Source: Acidobacteriota bacterium (GTDB lineage: Bacteria; Acidobacteriota; Polarisedimenticolia; Gp22-AA2). From it: 40,827 nt of DNA. Where the stretch lies: assembly GCA_043740165.1 (NCBI GenBank), contig JAYUCR010000512.1:1-40827 (forward strand), read 5' to 3'. The notes beneath the pieces are model-generated. The model was not told the DNA's origin and searched no databases. It saw only the letters and a list, made by a program, of their open reading frames with translations. This document shows positions 32,585-40,827 of the stretch, in pieces. Position 1 is the first letter of the stretch, and every line of letters begins with the position of its first letter. A program made the position numbers and the translations under genes.

Positions 32585-34627
32585 TCAGTTGGGCGGCGGG
32601 GGCGGGTTCTCCGGCTTCGGCTTTCCCCCGAGCAGGTCGATCAGACGCTCCTTTATTTTTTCCTTCGCTTTCTCTTTCTGCTGTTCTTTGATCTGCTGGA
32701 CCTCTGATTTGGTGTCGAGGGCGATCGACGGCGCGGCCAGCGTTCCCCGCGCCAGCAGATGCAGCGCCAGCTGCCCCTTGGCGTCCGTCAGGGAGCGCAA
32801 TTGCGGGGTCTTCTCAATCATGCCCTTCGAAGCCTCTTCCGAGAATCGGGCGACGGCTGCGAGGTTCAACTCGGAATCCAGCCCTACCCATCCCTGCCCC
32901 GTGAGATCGAGGTCGAGGGAATCGAGCAACAGATTCGAGGTCTGAGCGCGGCGTCCGCCGATGGCGAACGACCCGCCGAGGGAGTCGAAGGGGGTCTCGT
33001 CCTGACCGATCCCCTTGCCGCCCGCGGCCTGCAACAGGCTCGCGAGTTGCTTGAGAACGCTGATGGATGTGAGCGCGCCCTTGGCGATTTCAATGCGGGC
33101 CGAGCCGGCGGCCGTGTCGAGGATCGCCTTGAGGTCGACACCCGACGCCTCGATGCCGAGCTCACCGCTCAGAGCTCCTCGCAGCAGTCCCTTGAGGCTC
33201 GGATCATAGGCGGCAGCGAGCGCGTTGACGTCCACACCCTTGAGGACCGTATCCAGGCGGTAGCGCGGAATCGCTCGTGCCATATCCAGGGTCGCGGCGC
33301 CCGACACGTCGCCGCCGTAAAGCTTCGCCTTCAGGTTCTGCAGCGACAGCGCCGCGTTCTTGAGGGTCACGGCTCCCCGCACCCCGCCGACATCGAACGT
33401 CTGGAACCGGAGGGCTTCCACGGCGAGAGTCCCCGAGGCCTCCACCTGCTGGAGCAACCCCGTCTCCGTCGAAGGAGCGGCGGGTGCCGAGGACCGGGTC
33501 GGCGACGGGGCGGGCGCCCCGCCGCCGGAGAAGTTTTCAATCAGCTCATTGAGATCGAGTCGCTGCGCCTCGAGATTGAAGCCGACACGAGGGTGGAGGT
33601 AATCCTCGAGCTGGAGATCGCCCCGCAACACCGAACTGCCGAAGCGGGCGGTGAAGCCGGCCCAGGAGGCCTTTTGTCCGGTGACGGCGAGCCGTCCTCC
33701 GATCTGCTCGACCGGGTGCTTCATCGAGGAGTCCCGGTAACTCAGATTCTCAAGCCCCAGGTTGCCTGCGAATTGAATCGTCTCCATCCGCTCCAGCGGC
33801 ACGCTGGCCTTCCCGTCCACGGTCGCGGTGCCGCCCAGCTGCAGGCCGGCGGGCCGGAGGACACCCAGCCAGGGGAGGATCGGCACCAGGTCGGAAATCT
33901 CCACGCGCGATTCCCGGATCGTCGCCTGGAGCGTCTGGTCGCCGGAAGCGGCTTTCAAGCTGGCCGCCGCGCGCACCACGCTCCGGCCCAGGCCAATCGC
34001 CAGATCGATAGTGGACGTGTCGCCCAATCCCCAGCCGGAGATCGTGGCGTCGATCGGACCCAGGGTCAGCTCGGATCGCTTCCCCGGGGTCACGGCGTCG
34101 TCATACACCAGCACCTTCGCCCCGCGCACCATGGCGCGCTCCACCCCAAGCGTGCCGGCGTTGCTGCTGGCCGTCGGGCCGGCGGGGGGCGCCGCGGTGC
34201 CGGAACGGAGCGCCGCGACCCGCTCCAGCAGGTCCTCGAAATTCCATCGGCCCTCGCGATCCCGGATGAGCGTCAAGGTCGGTTGATCGAGGATCACCGA
34301 CCCGAACTCGATGCGCCCGCGCAGCAGGGGCAGCGGGCGCAACCGCAGCGACACGGCGGCGAGACGCAAGGCATCCCGCCCGGGGTACCGGGCCCCTTCA
34401 GCCACCGTCACCGGCGACACCGTGACCCCGGGGACGGGCAAGACGCGCAGCGAGATGCGACCCAGCGTCGCCTTCCGGCCGGTGACCTGCTGAATCTGTC
34501 CGGCGATCAGGGGCGCCAGACGCTGCACATCAATGATGAAGGGCAGGGCCACCGCGGCGAGAATCAGGAGCACGAGAAGCGCCCCGGCGCCCAGCAGGAG
34601 GAATCGCAGGGAACGCGGCAGGGCCAT
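32585..34627 (-). CDS. AsmA-family outer-membrane biogenesis / lipid-transport protein
   Basis: 680 aa. N-terminal anchor LLLGAGALLVLLILAAVALPFII, then AsmA-like LAPLIAGQIQQVTGRKATLGRISLRVLP. Long beta-rich body. C-terminal Lys/Glu-rich tail. Confidence 0.75.
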   Translation of the reverse strand: MALPRSLRFLLLGAGALLVLLILAAVALPFIIDVQRLAPLIAGQIQQVTGRKATLGRISLRVLPVPGVTVSPVTVAEGARYPGRDALRLAAVSLRLRPLPLLRGRIEFGSVILDQPTLTLIRDREGRWNFEDLLERVAALRSGTAAPPAGPTASSNAGTLGVERAMVRGAKVLVYDDAVTPGKRSELTLGPIDATISGWGLGDTSTIDLAIGLGRSVVRAAASLKAASGDQTLQATIRESRVEISDLVPILPWLGVLRPAGLQLGGTATVDGKASVPLERMETIQFAGNLGLENLSYRDSSMKHPVEQIGGRLAVTGQKASWAGFTARFGSSVLRGDLQLEDYLHPRVGFNLEAQRLDLNELIENFSGGGAPAPSPTRSSAPAAPSTETGLLQQVEASGTLAVEALRFQTFDVGGVRGAVTLKNAALSLQNLKAKLYGGDVSGAATLDMARAIPRYRLDTVLKGVDVNALAAAYDPSLKGLLRGALSGELGIEASGVDLKAILDTAAGSARIEIAKGALTSISVLKQLASLLQAAGGKGIGQDETPFDSLGGSFAIGGRRAQTSNLLLDSLDLDLTGQGWVGLDSELNLAAVARFSEEASKGMIEKTPQLRSLTDAKGQLALHLLARGTLAAPSIALDTKSEVQQIKEQQKEKAKEKIKERLIDLLGGKPKPENPPPPPN

Positions 34628-34630
34628 GCG

Positions 34631-35590
34631 TCAGGATACCTTCTTTTCGCCCTTCCGATCCAGGCCGGTTCCCGCCAGGCGTCGGGCCCGCGAGAAACCG
34701 ACGAACGACGGCCAGCGGGAGATTCGCAAGGCGTGCCGGATGTCGTCGAGGCTGGCGCGCGCCGCTTCCTCGCCGCGCCGGACGCATTCCTCGACAGAGG
34801 AGAAATCGGCCCAGTGAATGCGCCCCACGTCCGGCTCGATCGCCACATCCGCCAGCCGGCACTGCATGCCGCGCATGGCGTCGGCCCGAATCGACGCCGC
34901 CCGCACGATGATGTTCAGGCCGCTGCCGGCGCCCGCGCGGTCCTCGAGATCCTTCGACACGTCGACCGCGATCACGAGATCGGCGCCCTGGTTCAAGGCC
35001 GGGATCACCGGGACCAGGGCCACCCAGCCGCCGTCGATGAGCAGTCGCCCGTCGATCGAGACCGGAGGGAGGAGCCCGGGAACGGCGCTGCTGGCGCTGA
35101 CGGCCCGTCGCAGGCGCCCGTGCCTCAGGAGGACCTCGGTGCCCTGCAGGATGTCGGCGGCCACCGCGCAATAAGGGATGGCGGTCTCTTCGATCGCCAC
35201 GTCGTCGAGAAGGGCGTTGATGCTGTGCTCGAAATACTCCGCGGACACCCAGGATGTCTTGGCCACGGAGAGGGAGTAGAAGATCCCCTTCTTGAGAAGC
35301 GTCACCGCCCGGCGCATCACGCCCCGGCGCGCTTCGCGGCTCTCCTTCAGGAAATCGAAGCGGGCCCGCTTGAACTCGCGGCTGAAGATGAATTCCCGGA
35401 ATCTCTTTTCGGTCGCCGCGGCGCTGCGGGTCGTGGCGTAGACTCCGCCGACGAGGGCACCGACACTCGTGCCGACGATCAGGTCAATTGGAATGCGATG
35501 CGTCTCGAGGACCTTCAGAACCCCGATGTGGGCCAGACCACGCGCCGCGCCTCCGCCAAGCGCCAGCCCGACCTTCACGCGATCTCGCAT
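34631..35590 (-). CDS. Patatin-like phospholipase
   Basis: GLALGGGAARG oxyanion motif, GTSVG nucleophile elbow (GxSxG), and a later DGG of the catalytic Asp. Start set at ATG 35590; the tracked start 35677 is possible. Stop is 3 nt before the AsmA start. Confidence 0.8.
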   Translation of the reverse strand: MRDRVKVGLALGGGAARGLAHIGVLKVLETHRIPIDLIVGTSVGALVGGVYATTRSAAATEKRFREFIFSREFKRARFDFLKESREARRGVMRRAVTLLKKGIFYSLSVAKTSWVSAEYFEHSINALLDDVAIEETAIPYCAVAADILQGTEVLLRHGRLRRAVSASSAVPGLLPPVSIDGRLLIDGGWVALVPVIPALNQGADLVIAVDVSKDLEDRAGAGSGLNIIVRAASIRADAMRGMQCRLADVAIEPDVGRIHWADFSSVEECVRRGEEAARASLDDIRHALRISRWPSFVGFSRARRLAGTGLDRKGEKKVS

Positions 35591-35701
35591 GCATCGGCTC
35601 CACGACCCGGAACTGTTCCTGGCCACCCGGCGGCTGGCCTCTGGCGCAAATATAGACATCGTTCCGGCGGCCGCCACCCATGCCAGTGATCGGACAGGCT
35701 C

Positions 35702-36364
35702 CTAGGTCATCGTGGCGGCGTGAGGGCAGTTTCGGCGGAGCGGACAGGAGGGGCAACGCGGGCGCTGCGGCCGGCAAACCTTTCGGCCAAGTGTTATGAA
35801 ATTGACATGCGCCGTCAGGCAGCGATCGGGAGGGATCACCCCCGCAAGGGTACGATGCGCCTCGGCCGCGGTGGCATCGGCGCCAACCCAGCCCAGCCGG
35901 CGGGTGACGCGGTGGATGTGGGTGTCGACCGGAAAGACCGGCAGCCCGCAGGAGAACAGCAGGACGCATGCGGCCGTCTTGTCGCCCACCCCGCGAAACC
36001 GCCGCAACCAGGCGGAGGACTCTTCCTTCGGCAGGGCGCAGAGAAAGCCGAGATCGAGACGCCCGCGCTCCGCCTGTACCGCGCCGAGGAGGTCATGGAT
36101 CACGCGGCTCTTGGTGCGCGCCAGTCCCCCGGCTCGGATTGCGGCCTCGAGGCGGGTACGGGGCGCGCGGCGGACGGCCTCCCAGCTGGCGAACGCCCGG
36201 CGCAGCGACCGCCAGGCGCGGTCGCGATTCGTGTCACTGGTGTTCTGCGACAGGATGGTGAGAATCAGCTCGTCGAGCGGCGGACGGGGACGCACGTTGG
36301 TGGGCCGCCCGAACGCGACTTCGAGAGCCTCGAGCACCGCGACGACGCGCCTGGCGCTGACCAT
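35702..36364 (-). CDS. nth: Endonuclease III-like HhH-GPD DNA glycosylase with a 4Fe-4S cluster loop
   Basis: HhH GVGDKTAACVLLF, VDTHIHRV, C-x6-C-x2-C-x5-C (CRPQRPRCPSCPLRRNC). Confidence 0.8.
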   Translation of the reverse strand: MVSARRVVAVLEALEVAFGRPTNVRPRPPLDELILTILSQNTSDTNRDRAWRSLRRAFASWEAVRRAPRTRLEAAIRAGGLARTKSRVIHDLLGAVQAERGRLDLGFLCALPKEESSAWLRRFRGVGDKTAACVLLFSCGLPVFPVDTHIHRVTRRLGWVGADATAAEAHRTLAGVIPPDRCLTAHVNFITLGRKVCRPQRPRCPSCPLRRNCPHAATMT

Positions 36365-36389
36365 GAACAGGATTCTACCGTCCTAAGAG

Positions 36390-37136
36390 GTGATGTGGGG
36401 TTCGATGCAGGAGCGTGAGCCTGAAGTCCCTACCGGCCTGAGGCACCCCTGGCCGCGTTCGGCGCGCACCGCCCGGGCGCTCCAGGATCGGCTGCGACCG
36501 CTTCTACGGATCGGCGGCGGGCCCCGCCGGGTGCGACGGGTGGCCGGTGCCGACCTTTCGTACGACGCGGGACGCAACCGTCTCTACGCCGCGGTGCTGG
36601 TTTTCAGCTATCCGGCGCTCGACCTGGTCGAGCGTCAGGTGGTGGCACGTCCGATCACCTTCCCCTATGTTCCGGGCCTCCTGAGCTTCCGCGAGATCCC
36701 GGCGATCCTGTCGGCATGGCGGCGGCTTCGTCAGGAGCCCGATCTGGTGCTGTGCGATGCGCAGGGGATCGCCCACCCGCGAGGCATCGGGCTCGCATCG
36801 CATCTCGGCCTCCTGCTGGGGAAGCCCACGATAGGGTGCGCCAAGAGCCGCCTGGTCGGGGAGCACGGAGAGGTCGGAGAGCGCCGCGGCGATCGCGTCC
36901 CCCTGGTTCTGGGAGGGAAAACCGTCGGCGCCGTGCTCCGGACACGCATCGGGGCCCGCCCGCTGTTCGTCTCGCCGGGACACCTGATCGGACTCCAGGC
37001 GGCCGTCCGCTTCGTTCTCGGTTGCTGCCGCGGGTTCCGGTTGCCGGAGCCGACGCGGCAAGCCGATCAAACGGTCGCCCTGGCGCGGCGTGCCGGCGGC
37101 ACCGGCGGCCTCTCGGAGGCGCGACCCCTGTGCTAG
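36390..37136 (+). CDS. nfi: Endonuclease V
   Basis: VAGADLSYD, YVPGLLSFREIP, CDAQGIAHPRGIGLASHLG, TIGCAKS. Start ambiguous among GTG 36390, ATG 36393 and ATG 36405. Confidence 0.85.
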   Translation: MMWGSMQEREPEVPTGLRHPWPRSARTARALQDRLRPLLRIGGGPRRVRRVAGADLSYDAGRNRLYAAVLVFSYPALDLVERQVVARPITFPYVPGLLSFREIPAILSAWRRLRQEPDLVLCDAQGIAHPRGIGLASHLGLLLGKPTIGCAKSRLVGEHGEVGERRGDRVPLVLGGKTVGAVLRTRIGARPLFVSPGHLIGLQAAVRFVLGCCRGFRLPEPTRQADQTVALARRAGGTGGLSEARPLC

Positions 37137-37260
37137 AATCCGCGCCTCACGCGACGGGTTCCGCGCCACCTGTTCGTCCCGGAGACCGAGCGGGCTCACG
37201 CCCACGACGATATCCCGCTGCCGATCGGCGAGGCCCGCGAGCCGCGCCACTGATCACGCG

Positions 37261-37277
37261 GGTCCCCTCGCGGGACC
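37261..37277 (+). other. GC hairpin (GGTCCC-CTCGC-GGGACC) 19 nt upstream of the proS start codon
   Basis: Perfect 6-bp stem with a 5-nt loop, read directly from the sequence. No T-tract follows, so it is not a classical intrinsic terminator. Confidence 0.4.
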
Positions 37278-37295
37278 GGAGCTCTCGAGGAACGC

Positions 37296-38726
37296 ATGCC
37301 CAAACTCATCACGCCGCGCAGTGAAGACTATTCGCGCTGGTACACCGACGTCATCACGCAGTCGCAGATGGCCGACTATTCTCCCGTCAAGGGGTGCATG
37401 GTCATCCGGCCGCTCGGCTACGCCGTCTGGGAGGCGATGCAGCGCGAGCTCGACGCGCGCTTCCGCGCGACCGGGCACCAGAATGCCTACTTCCCGCTCT
37501 TCATCCCCGAATCGTACCTGCACCGCGAGGCGAAGCATGTCGAGGGGTTCGCGCCGGAGTGCGCCGTGGTCACCCATGGCGGAGGGAAGAAGCTCGAGGA
37601 ACCGCTGGTCGTGCGTCCGACGTCGGAGACCATCATCTATGCGATGTACGCCAAATGGATCCGCTCGTACCGCGATCTGCCGGTCCTGATCAACCAGTGG
37701 GCCAACGTGGTCCGCTGGGAGATGCGCACCCGCCTGTTCCTGCGCACCACGGAATTTCTCTGGCAGGAGGGGCACACGGCGCACGCCACCGAAGCGGAGG
37801 CCGAGGAGGAGGTGCTGCGCATCCTGGAGATCTACCGCACCTTTTCCGAGGAGCATATGGCCATCCCCGTCTACACCGGCCGCAAGACCGAAAGCGAGAA
37901 GTTCGCCGGGGCGCTGCGCACTTACTGCATCGAGGCGCTCATGCAGGATGGCAAGGCGCTGCAGGCCGGCACTTCGCACAACCTCGGGCAGAATTTCGCC
38001 AAGGCCTTCGACGTGAAGTTCCAGACGCAGGAGGGCGACTGGCAGTTCTGCTGGCAGACGTCGTGGGGGGTCTCGACGCGCCTCATCGGCGCCCTGGTCA
38101 TGGCGCACGGCGATGACAACGGGGTGAGCTTCCCGCCGCGCCTGGCGCCGATCCAGGTGGTCATCGTGCCGATATGGAAGAGCGACGAACAGAAGGCCCG
38201 GATCGCCGCGGTGGCCCAGAAGGCGGCCGACGAGCTGTCGAAGACCTTCCGCGTCAAGGCCGACCTGCGCGACGAGATGTCTCCCGGCTGGAAATTCAAC
38301 GAGTGGGAGATGAAGGGGGTGCCGCTCCGGCTCGAGATCGGGCCGCGCGATCTGGAGGCCTCGCAGTTCACGGCCGTCCGCCGGCTCGACCGGCGGAAGT
38401 CGGCCGTGCCGCTGTCCGATCCGGTCGCCTCGGTCAAAGCACTCCTCGAGGGGATCCAGACCGACATGCTGGAAAAGGGCCGGGCCTTCCTGAAGGCCAG
38501 CACGCGCGAGGCGGTCGACTACGCCACCTTCCAGAAGGGGCTTGATGAAACGGGCGGTTTCTACCGCGCGCACTTCTGCGGAGACGCGGCCTGCGAGGCG
38601 CGCATCAAGGAAGAGACCAAGGCGACGATCCGCTGCGTGCCCCTCGAGGGCAACCGCGAGAAGGGCTCCTGCCTGCGCTGCGGCGCCCCGTCGGACGAAT
38701 GGGTCTATTTCGCGCGCGCCTACTGA
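37296..38726 (+). CDS. proS: Prolyl-tRNA synthetase, archaeal/eukaryote-like type (no INS editing insertion, C-terminal Zn-domain ending in Tyr)
   Basis: YSRWYTDVI...ADYSPVKGCMVIRP, RPTSETIIY, RWEMRTRLFLRTTEFLWQEGHTAH, GTSHNLGQNFAKAF. 476 aa. GAGGAA 6 nt upstream of the ATG. Confidence 0.9.
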   Translation: MPKLITPRSEDYSRWYTDVITQSQMADYSPVKGCMVIRPLGYAVWEAMQRELDARFRATGHQNAYFPLFIPESYLHREAKHVEGFAPECAVVTHGGGKKLEEPLVVRPTSETIIYAMYAKWIRSYRDLPVLINQWANVVRWEMRTRLFLRTTEFLWQEGHTAHATEAEAEEEVLRILEIYRTFSEEHMAIPVYTGRKTESEKFAGALRTYCIEALMQDGKALQAGTSHNLGQNFAKAFDVKFQTQEGDWQFCWQTSWGVSTRLIGALVMAHGDDNGVSFPPRLAPIQVVIVPIWKSDEQKARIAAVAQKAADELSKTFRVKADLRDEMSPGWKFNEWEMKGVPLRLEIGPRDLEASQFTAVRRLDRRKSAVPLSDPVASVKALLEGIQTDMLEKGRAFLKASTREAVDYATFQKGLDETGGFYRAHFCGDAACEARIKEETKATIRCVPLEGNREKGSCLRCGAPSDEWVYFARAY

Positions 38727-38740
38727 GAGCCCGTCCGGGG

Positions 38741-39985
38741 ATGCCGGAATGGGCCATCGCGACGGCCGCGGCCCTAGGCTGTCTCCGGCTCGCGATCGGC
38801 CCCTGCGAGGCCGATGAAGCGACGCCCGCTCCGCCGAGCCACCCCCCCGCCAGCCCTGTCGTCGTCCGGTTCCTTGAGCCGAAGGCGCCGGCCCTGCTGC
38901 AGGGGCCGACGCGGATCACCATCGAGGCGGCCACCGGACCCGAGGCGCGGATCGCCAGCGTCTCACTGTATGCCAACGACACCCTGCTCTCGGTCATGGA
39001 GAAGCCGCCTTTCACCCTTACCTGGGAGGCCGGGCGCACTCCCGGGGCGCGCCGCCTGCGCGCCGTGGCCGTCGACTCGCTGGGCCGCCGCGGCGAAGCG
39101 GAGATCCTCGGTCGATCGATCCCGATCGGGCAGTACGAGGAGGTCCGCCTGGTCAATGTCTACGCCGCCGTCCGCGATGCCCGCGGGCGCGCGGTGCTCG
39201 ATCTCACCCGCGACGATTTCCGCGTGCTGGAGGACGGCGTGCCCCAGACGATCAGCCACTTCAGCGCGGCGCGCGCGCCGCTCACCATCGCCATCCTGAT
39301 CGATTCCAGCAATAGCATGACGCTCGGGGGCAAGATCGACCTGGCGCGCCGCGCGGCGGAGGAATTCGTCAACGCGGTAGAGGCCTCCGACCGGCTCCTG
39401 GTGCTCAACTTCGACGACACCCTCCACGGCGACGCGGTGCCGAGCGCCGATCGACGGAGCATCAAGGACCGCATCCGTGCCATGACCCCGGGGGGTGGGA
39501 CCGCCCTTTATGACGCCGTCTACGCCACGGCGGGAATCCTGTCCTCGGAAGAGGGGCGGCGCGCGATGGTCCTCCTGTCGGACGGCCGCGATCAGGCGCT
39601 GACCGAAAACGAGCCGGGAAGCCTGCACCTCTTCGAAGAGGCGCTGGAGCGCGCCCACCGCGCCGAGGTTTCGGTCTATACCATCGGCCTGGGCCGGCAC
39701 CTCGAGGGCGAGCTCGATCTCGCGCGCGTCCGCAGCCTGAAGGAGATCCTCGACACCCTGGCGCGGCAGAGCGGAGGGCGTTCGTACTTCCCCGAGCACG
39801 CGGGACAGCTCGCCGATGTCTACCACCAGATCGCCGCCGACCTGCGCCAGCAATACACCCTCGCGTACACGCCGGCGAGCGCCAGGGATGGCCGGTGGCA
39901 CCGCATCACGGTCGAGACGAAGAATCCGACGCAGCTCGTCCAGGCGCGCGCCGGCTATTACGCTCCCGGCCCGGCGGCCCCCTGA
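38741..39985 (+). CDS. Secreted VWA-domain protein of the Acidobacteria-typical VWFA-related family, with an N-terminal Ig-like segment
   Basis: I call ATG 38741 (MPEWAIATAAALGCLRLAIG signal), since the tracked start 38699 overlaps proS. VNVYAAVRDARGRAVLDLTRDDFRVLEDGVPQTISHF resembles TIGR03436 as I recall it. MIDAS LIDSSNSM. Confidence 0.75.
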   Translation: MPEWAIATAAALGCLRLAIGPCEADEATPAPPSHPPASPVVVRFLEPKAPALLQGPTRITIEAATGPEARIASVSLYANDTLLSVMEKPPFTLTWEAGRTPGARRLRAVAVDSLGRRGEAEILGRSIPIGQYEEVRLVNVYAAVRDARGRAVLDLTRDDFRVLEDGVPQTISHFSAARAPLTIAILIDSSNSMTLGGKIDLARRAAEEFVNAVEASDRLLVLNFDDTLHGDAVPSADRRSIKDRIRAMTPGGGTALYDAVYATAGILSSEEGRRAMVLLSDGRDQALTENEPGSLHLFEEALERAHRAEVSVYTIGLGRHLEGELDLARVRSLKEILDTLARQSGGRSYFPEHAGQLADVYHQIAADLRQQYTLAYTPASARDGRWHRITVETKNPTQLVQARAGYYAPGPAAP

Positions 39986-40272
39986 GCGCCGACCGCGGCG
40001 GCGCCGCGCCGGATGAGCATGAGATTCCGGGTATAGATGAGGAGTCCGGCTCCCTGGCCGAGCGTGAAGACCAGATCGTGCCGGTACCAGAGGGCGTAGA
40101 CCAGCAGCATCGCGCCGCCCAGCAGGCTGAAATACCAGAACGCGATCGGCACCGTGCTGCGCCCGCTGCGCTCCGACGCCAGCCACTGCACGACGAAGCG
40201 CAGGGTGAAGAACAACTGCCCCAGAAGCCCGAAGACGACCCACGCGTTCAGATGGAGCAGGCGCTCAAGCAT
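39958..40272 (-). CDS. Lipid-A-biosynthesis N-terminal (LAB_N) domain small membrane protein
   Basis: GQLFFTLRFVVQWLASERSGRSTVPIAFWYFSLLGGAMLLVYA fits the LAB_N pattern. 104 aa, three predicted TM helices. Overlaps the upstream GT2 stop by 8 nt. Confidence 0.65.
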   Translation of the reverse strand: MLERLLHLNAWVVFGLLGQLFFTLRFVVQWLASERSGRSTVPIAFWYFSLLGGAMLLVYALWYRHDLVFTLGQGAGLLIYTRNLMLIRRGAAAVGAQGAAGPGA

Positions 40273-40827
40273 CGTCCTTCACCTCGTAGCGCAGCTTTCG
40301 CTTCTTCATCCAACGGACCGCCAGCAGGTCCTGAAAGGACGGCACCAGCCGGTTGGAGATGCCGTACTTCGATTTCCCGTGGGCCCGCGGGCGGTGCCCC
40401 ACCGGCATCTCGCGCACGCGGAACCCTTCCATCTTGAGAAGCGTCGGCAGGAAGCGGTGCATGCCGTTGTAGAGCGTCAGGCGCGACAACGCCTCGCGCC
40501 GGTAAGCCTTCAGCGAGCACCCCGTGTCGGTGATCGTTTCATCGCTGAGGCGGTTGCGAACGAAGTTCGCGATCCGCGACGAGATGCGGCGCACGACGCT
40601 GTCACGCCGCGTCCGGCGCACGCCCACGACGGCGTCCCAGCCCTGCAGCTCGCGGAGGAGCGCCGGGATGTCGGCCGGATCGTTCTGCAGGTCGGCATCG
40701 AGGGTGACGACCGCCGTGCCGCGGGCCCGCCGGAATCCGGCGTCCATGGCGGCGGTCTGGCCGGCGTTGCCGGCGAAACGGATGACCCGCAGCTCCGGGT
40801 GCGCGGCGCGCAGCCGGGCCAGCACCG
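40265..40827 (-). CDS. Polyprenyl-phosphate glycosyltransferase, GT2 (ArnC/DPM1-like); N-terminus lies outside the window
   Basis: VVTLDADLQNDP (DxD-type motif), TDTGCSLKAYRREAL, GMHRFLP. The frame stays open to the window edge. Confidence 0.75.
   Translation of the reverse strand, partial: VLARLRAAHPELRVIRFAGNAGQTAAMDAGFRRARGTAVVTLDADLQNDPADIPALLRELQGWDAVVGVRRTRRDSVVRRISSRIANFVRNRLSDETITDTGCSLKAYRREALSRLTLYNGMHRFLPTLLKMEGFRVREMPVGHRPRAHGKSKYGISNRLVPSFQDLLAVRWMKKRKLRYEVKDDA

Noticed and set aside
32759-35689. 976-aa plus-strand ORF, the longest in the window.
   Set aside because: It is entirely antisense to the AsmA and patatin genes, which carry clear family motifs. Its own translation is low-complexity Arg/Gly/Pro/Glu-rich. 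This is typical shadow-ORF behaviour at about 70% GC.
37137-37295. A T-box riboswitch upstream of proS.
   Set aside because: I could not find the conserved T-box sequence (AAnnnGGGTGGTACCGCG-like), a specifier loop with a proline codon, or a terminator with a T-tract. The region is kept only as an unexplained structured leader.
38699-38740. The tracked start (38699) of the VWA gene, which overlaps the last 28 nt of proS.
   Set aside because: The downstream ATG at 38741 begins a clean signal peptide (MPEWAIATAAALGCLRL) and avoids the overlap. The upstream 14 residues (MGLFRARLLRARPG) are probably not translated, though this is unproven.

Overview
High-GC bacterial chromosomal window (about 70% GC in hand-counted 60-nt samples), very tightly packed. 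Many genes overlap by 1-29 nt, and five convergent gene pairs end with no spacer. I found no rRNA, tRNA, CRISPR array, transposase, integrase, phage gene or recognisable defence or toxin-antitoxin genes.

Bases 1-18225 form one large C1 island. It encodes the tetrahydromethanopterin (H4MPT)/methanofuran-linked formaldehyde oxidation enzymes fae, mtdB, mch and fhcA/D/C. About 13 cofactor-biosynthesis genes are interleaved with them: RFAP synthase, DHPS-like, FolB-like, DUF447, CitG-like, three different ATP-grasp ligases, MfnB, an amino-acid-kinase-fold protein, a hydantoinase-like protein and a HisA/HisF-like protein. Two members are not part of the canonical set: a classical SDR and a sensor-less histidine kinase.

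The rest of the window is housekeeping and envelope genes:
- an RqcH/NFACT homolog, carD and a DUF72 gene;
- a ten-gene co-directional string: def, fmt, rsmB, a kinase-less PASTA protein, rpe, a thioesterase, bamD, GT2, GT4 and a radical SAM/SPASM gene;
- a FecR-domain protein with a small divergent secreted protein;
- a patatin and AsmA pair;
- endonuclease III and endonuclease V back to back;
- an archaeal-type proS;
- a TIGR03436-style VWA protein, a LAB_N membrane protein and a partial polyprenyl-phosphate GT2.

The background looks Acidobacteria-like, but this is inference and needs phylogenetic confirmation.

The leads I consider most worth checking:
- the SDR and HisA-like genes as candidates for unassigned H4MPT biosynthesis steps;
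- the leaderless, sensor-less kinase heading the methanofuran operon;
- the PASTA-only protein occupying the PrkC slot of a conserved gene string;
- the bamD-GT2-GT4-radical SAM/SPASM coupled module.

Most of the long ORFs in the six-frame track are high-GC artefacts, either antisense or upstream extensions of real genes. I trimmed starts accordingly.
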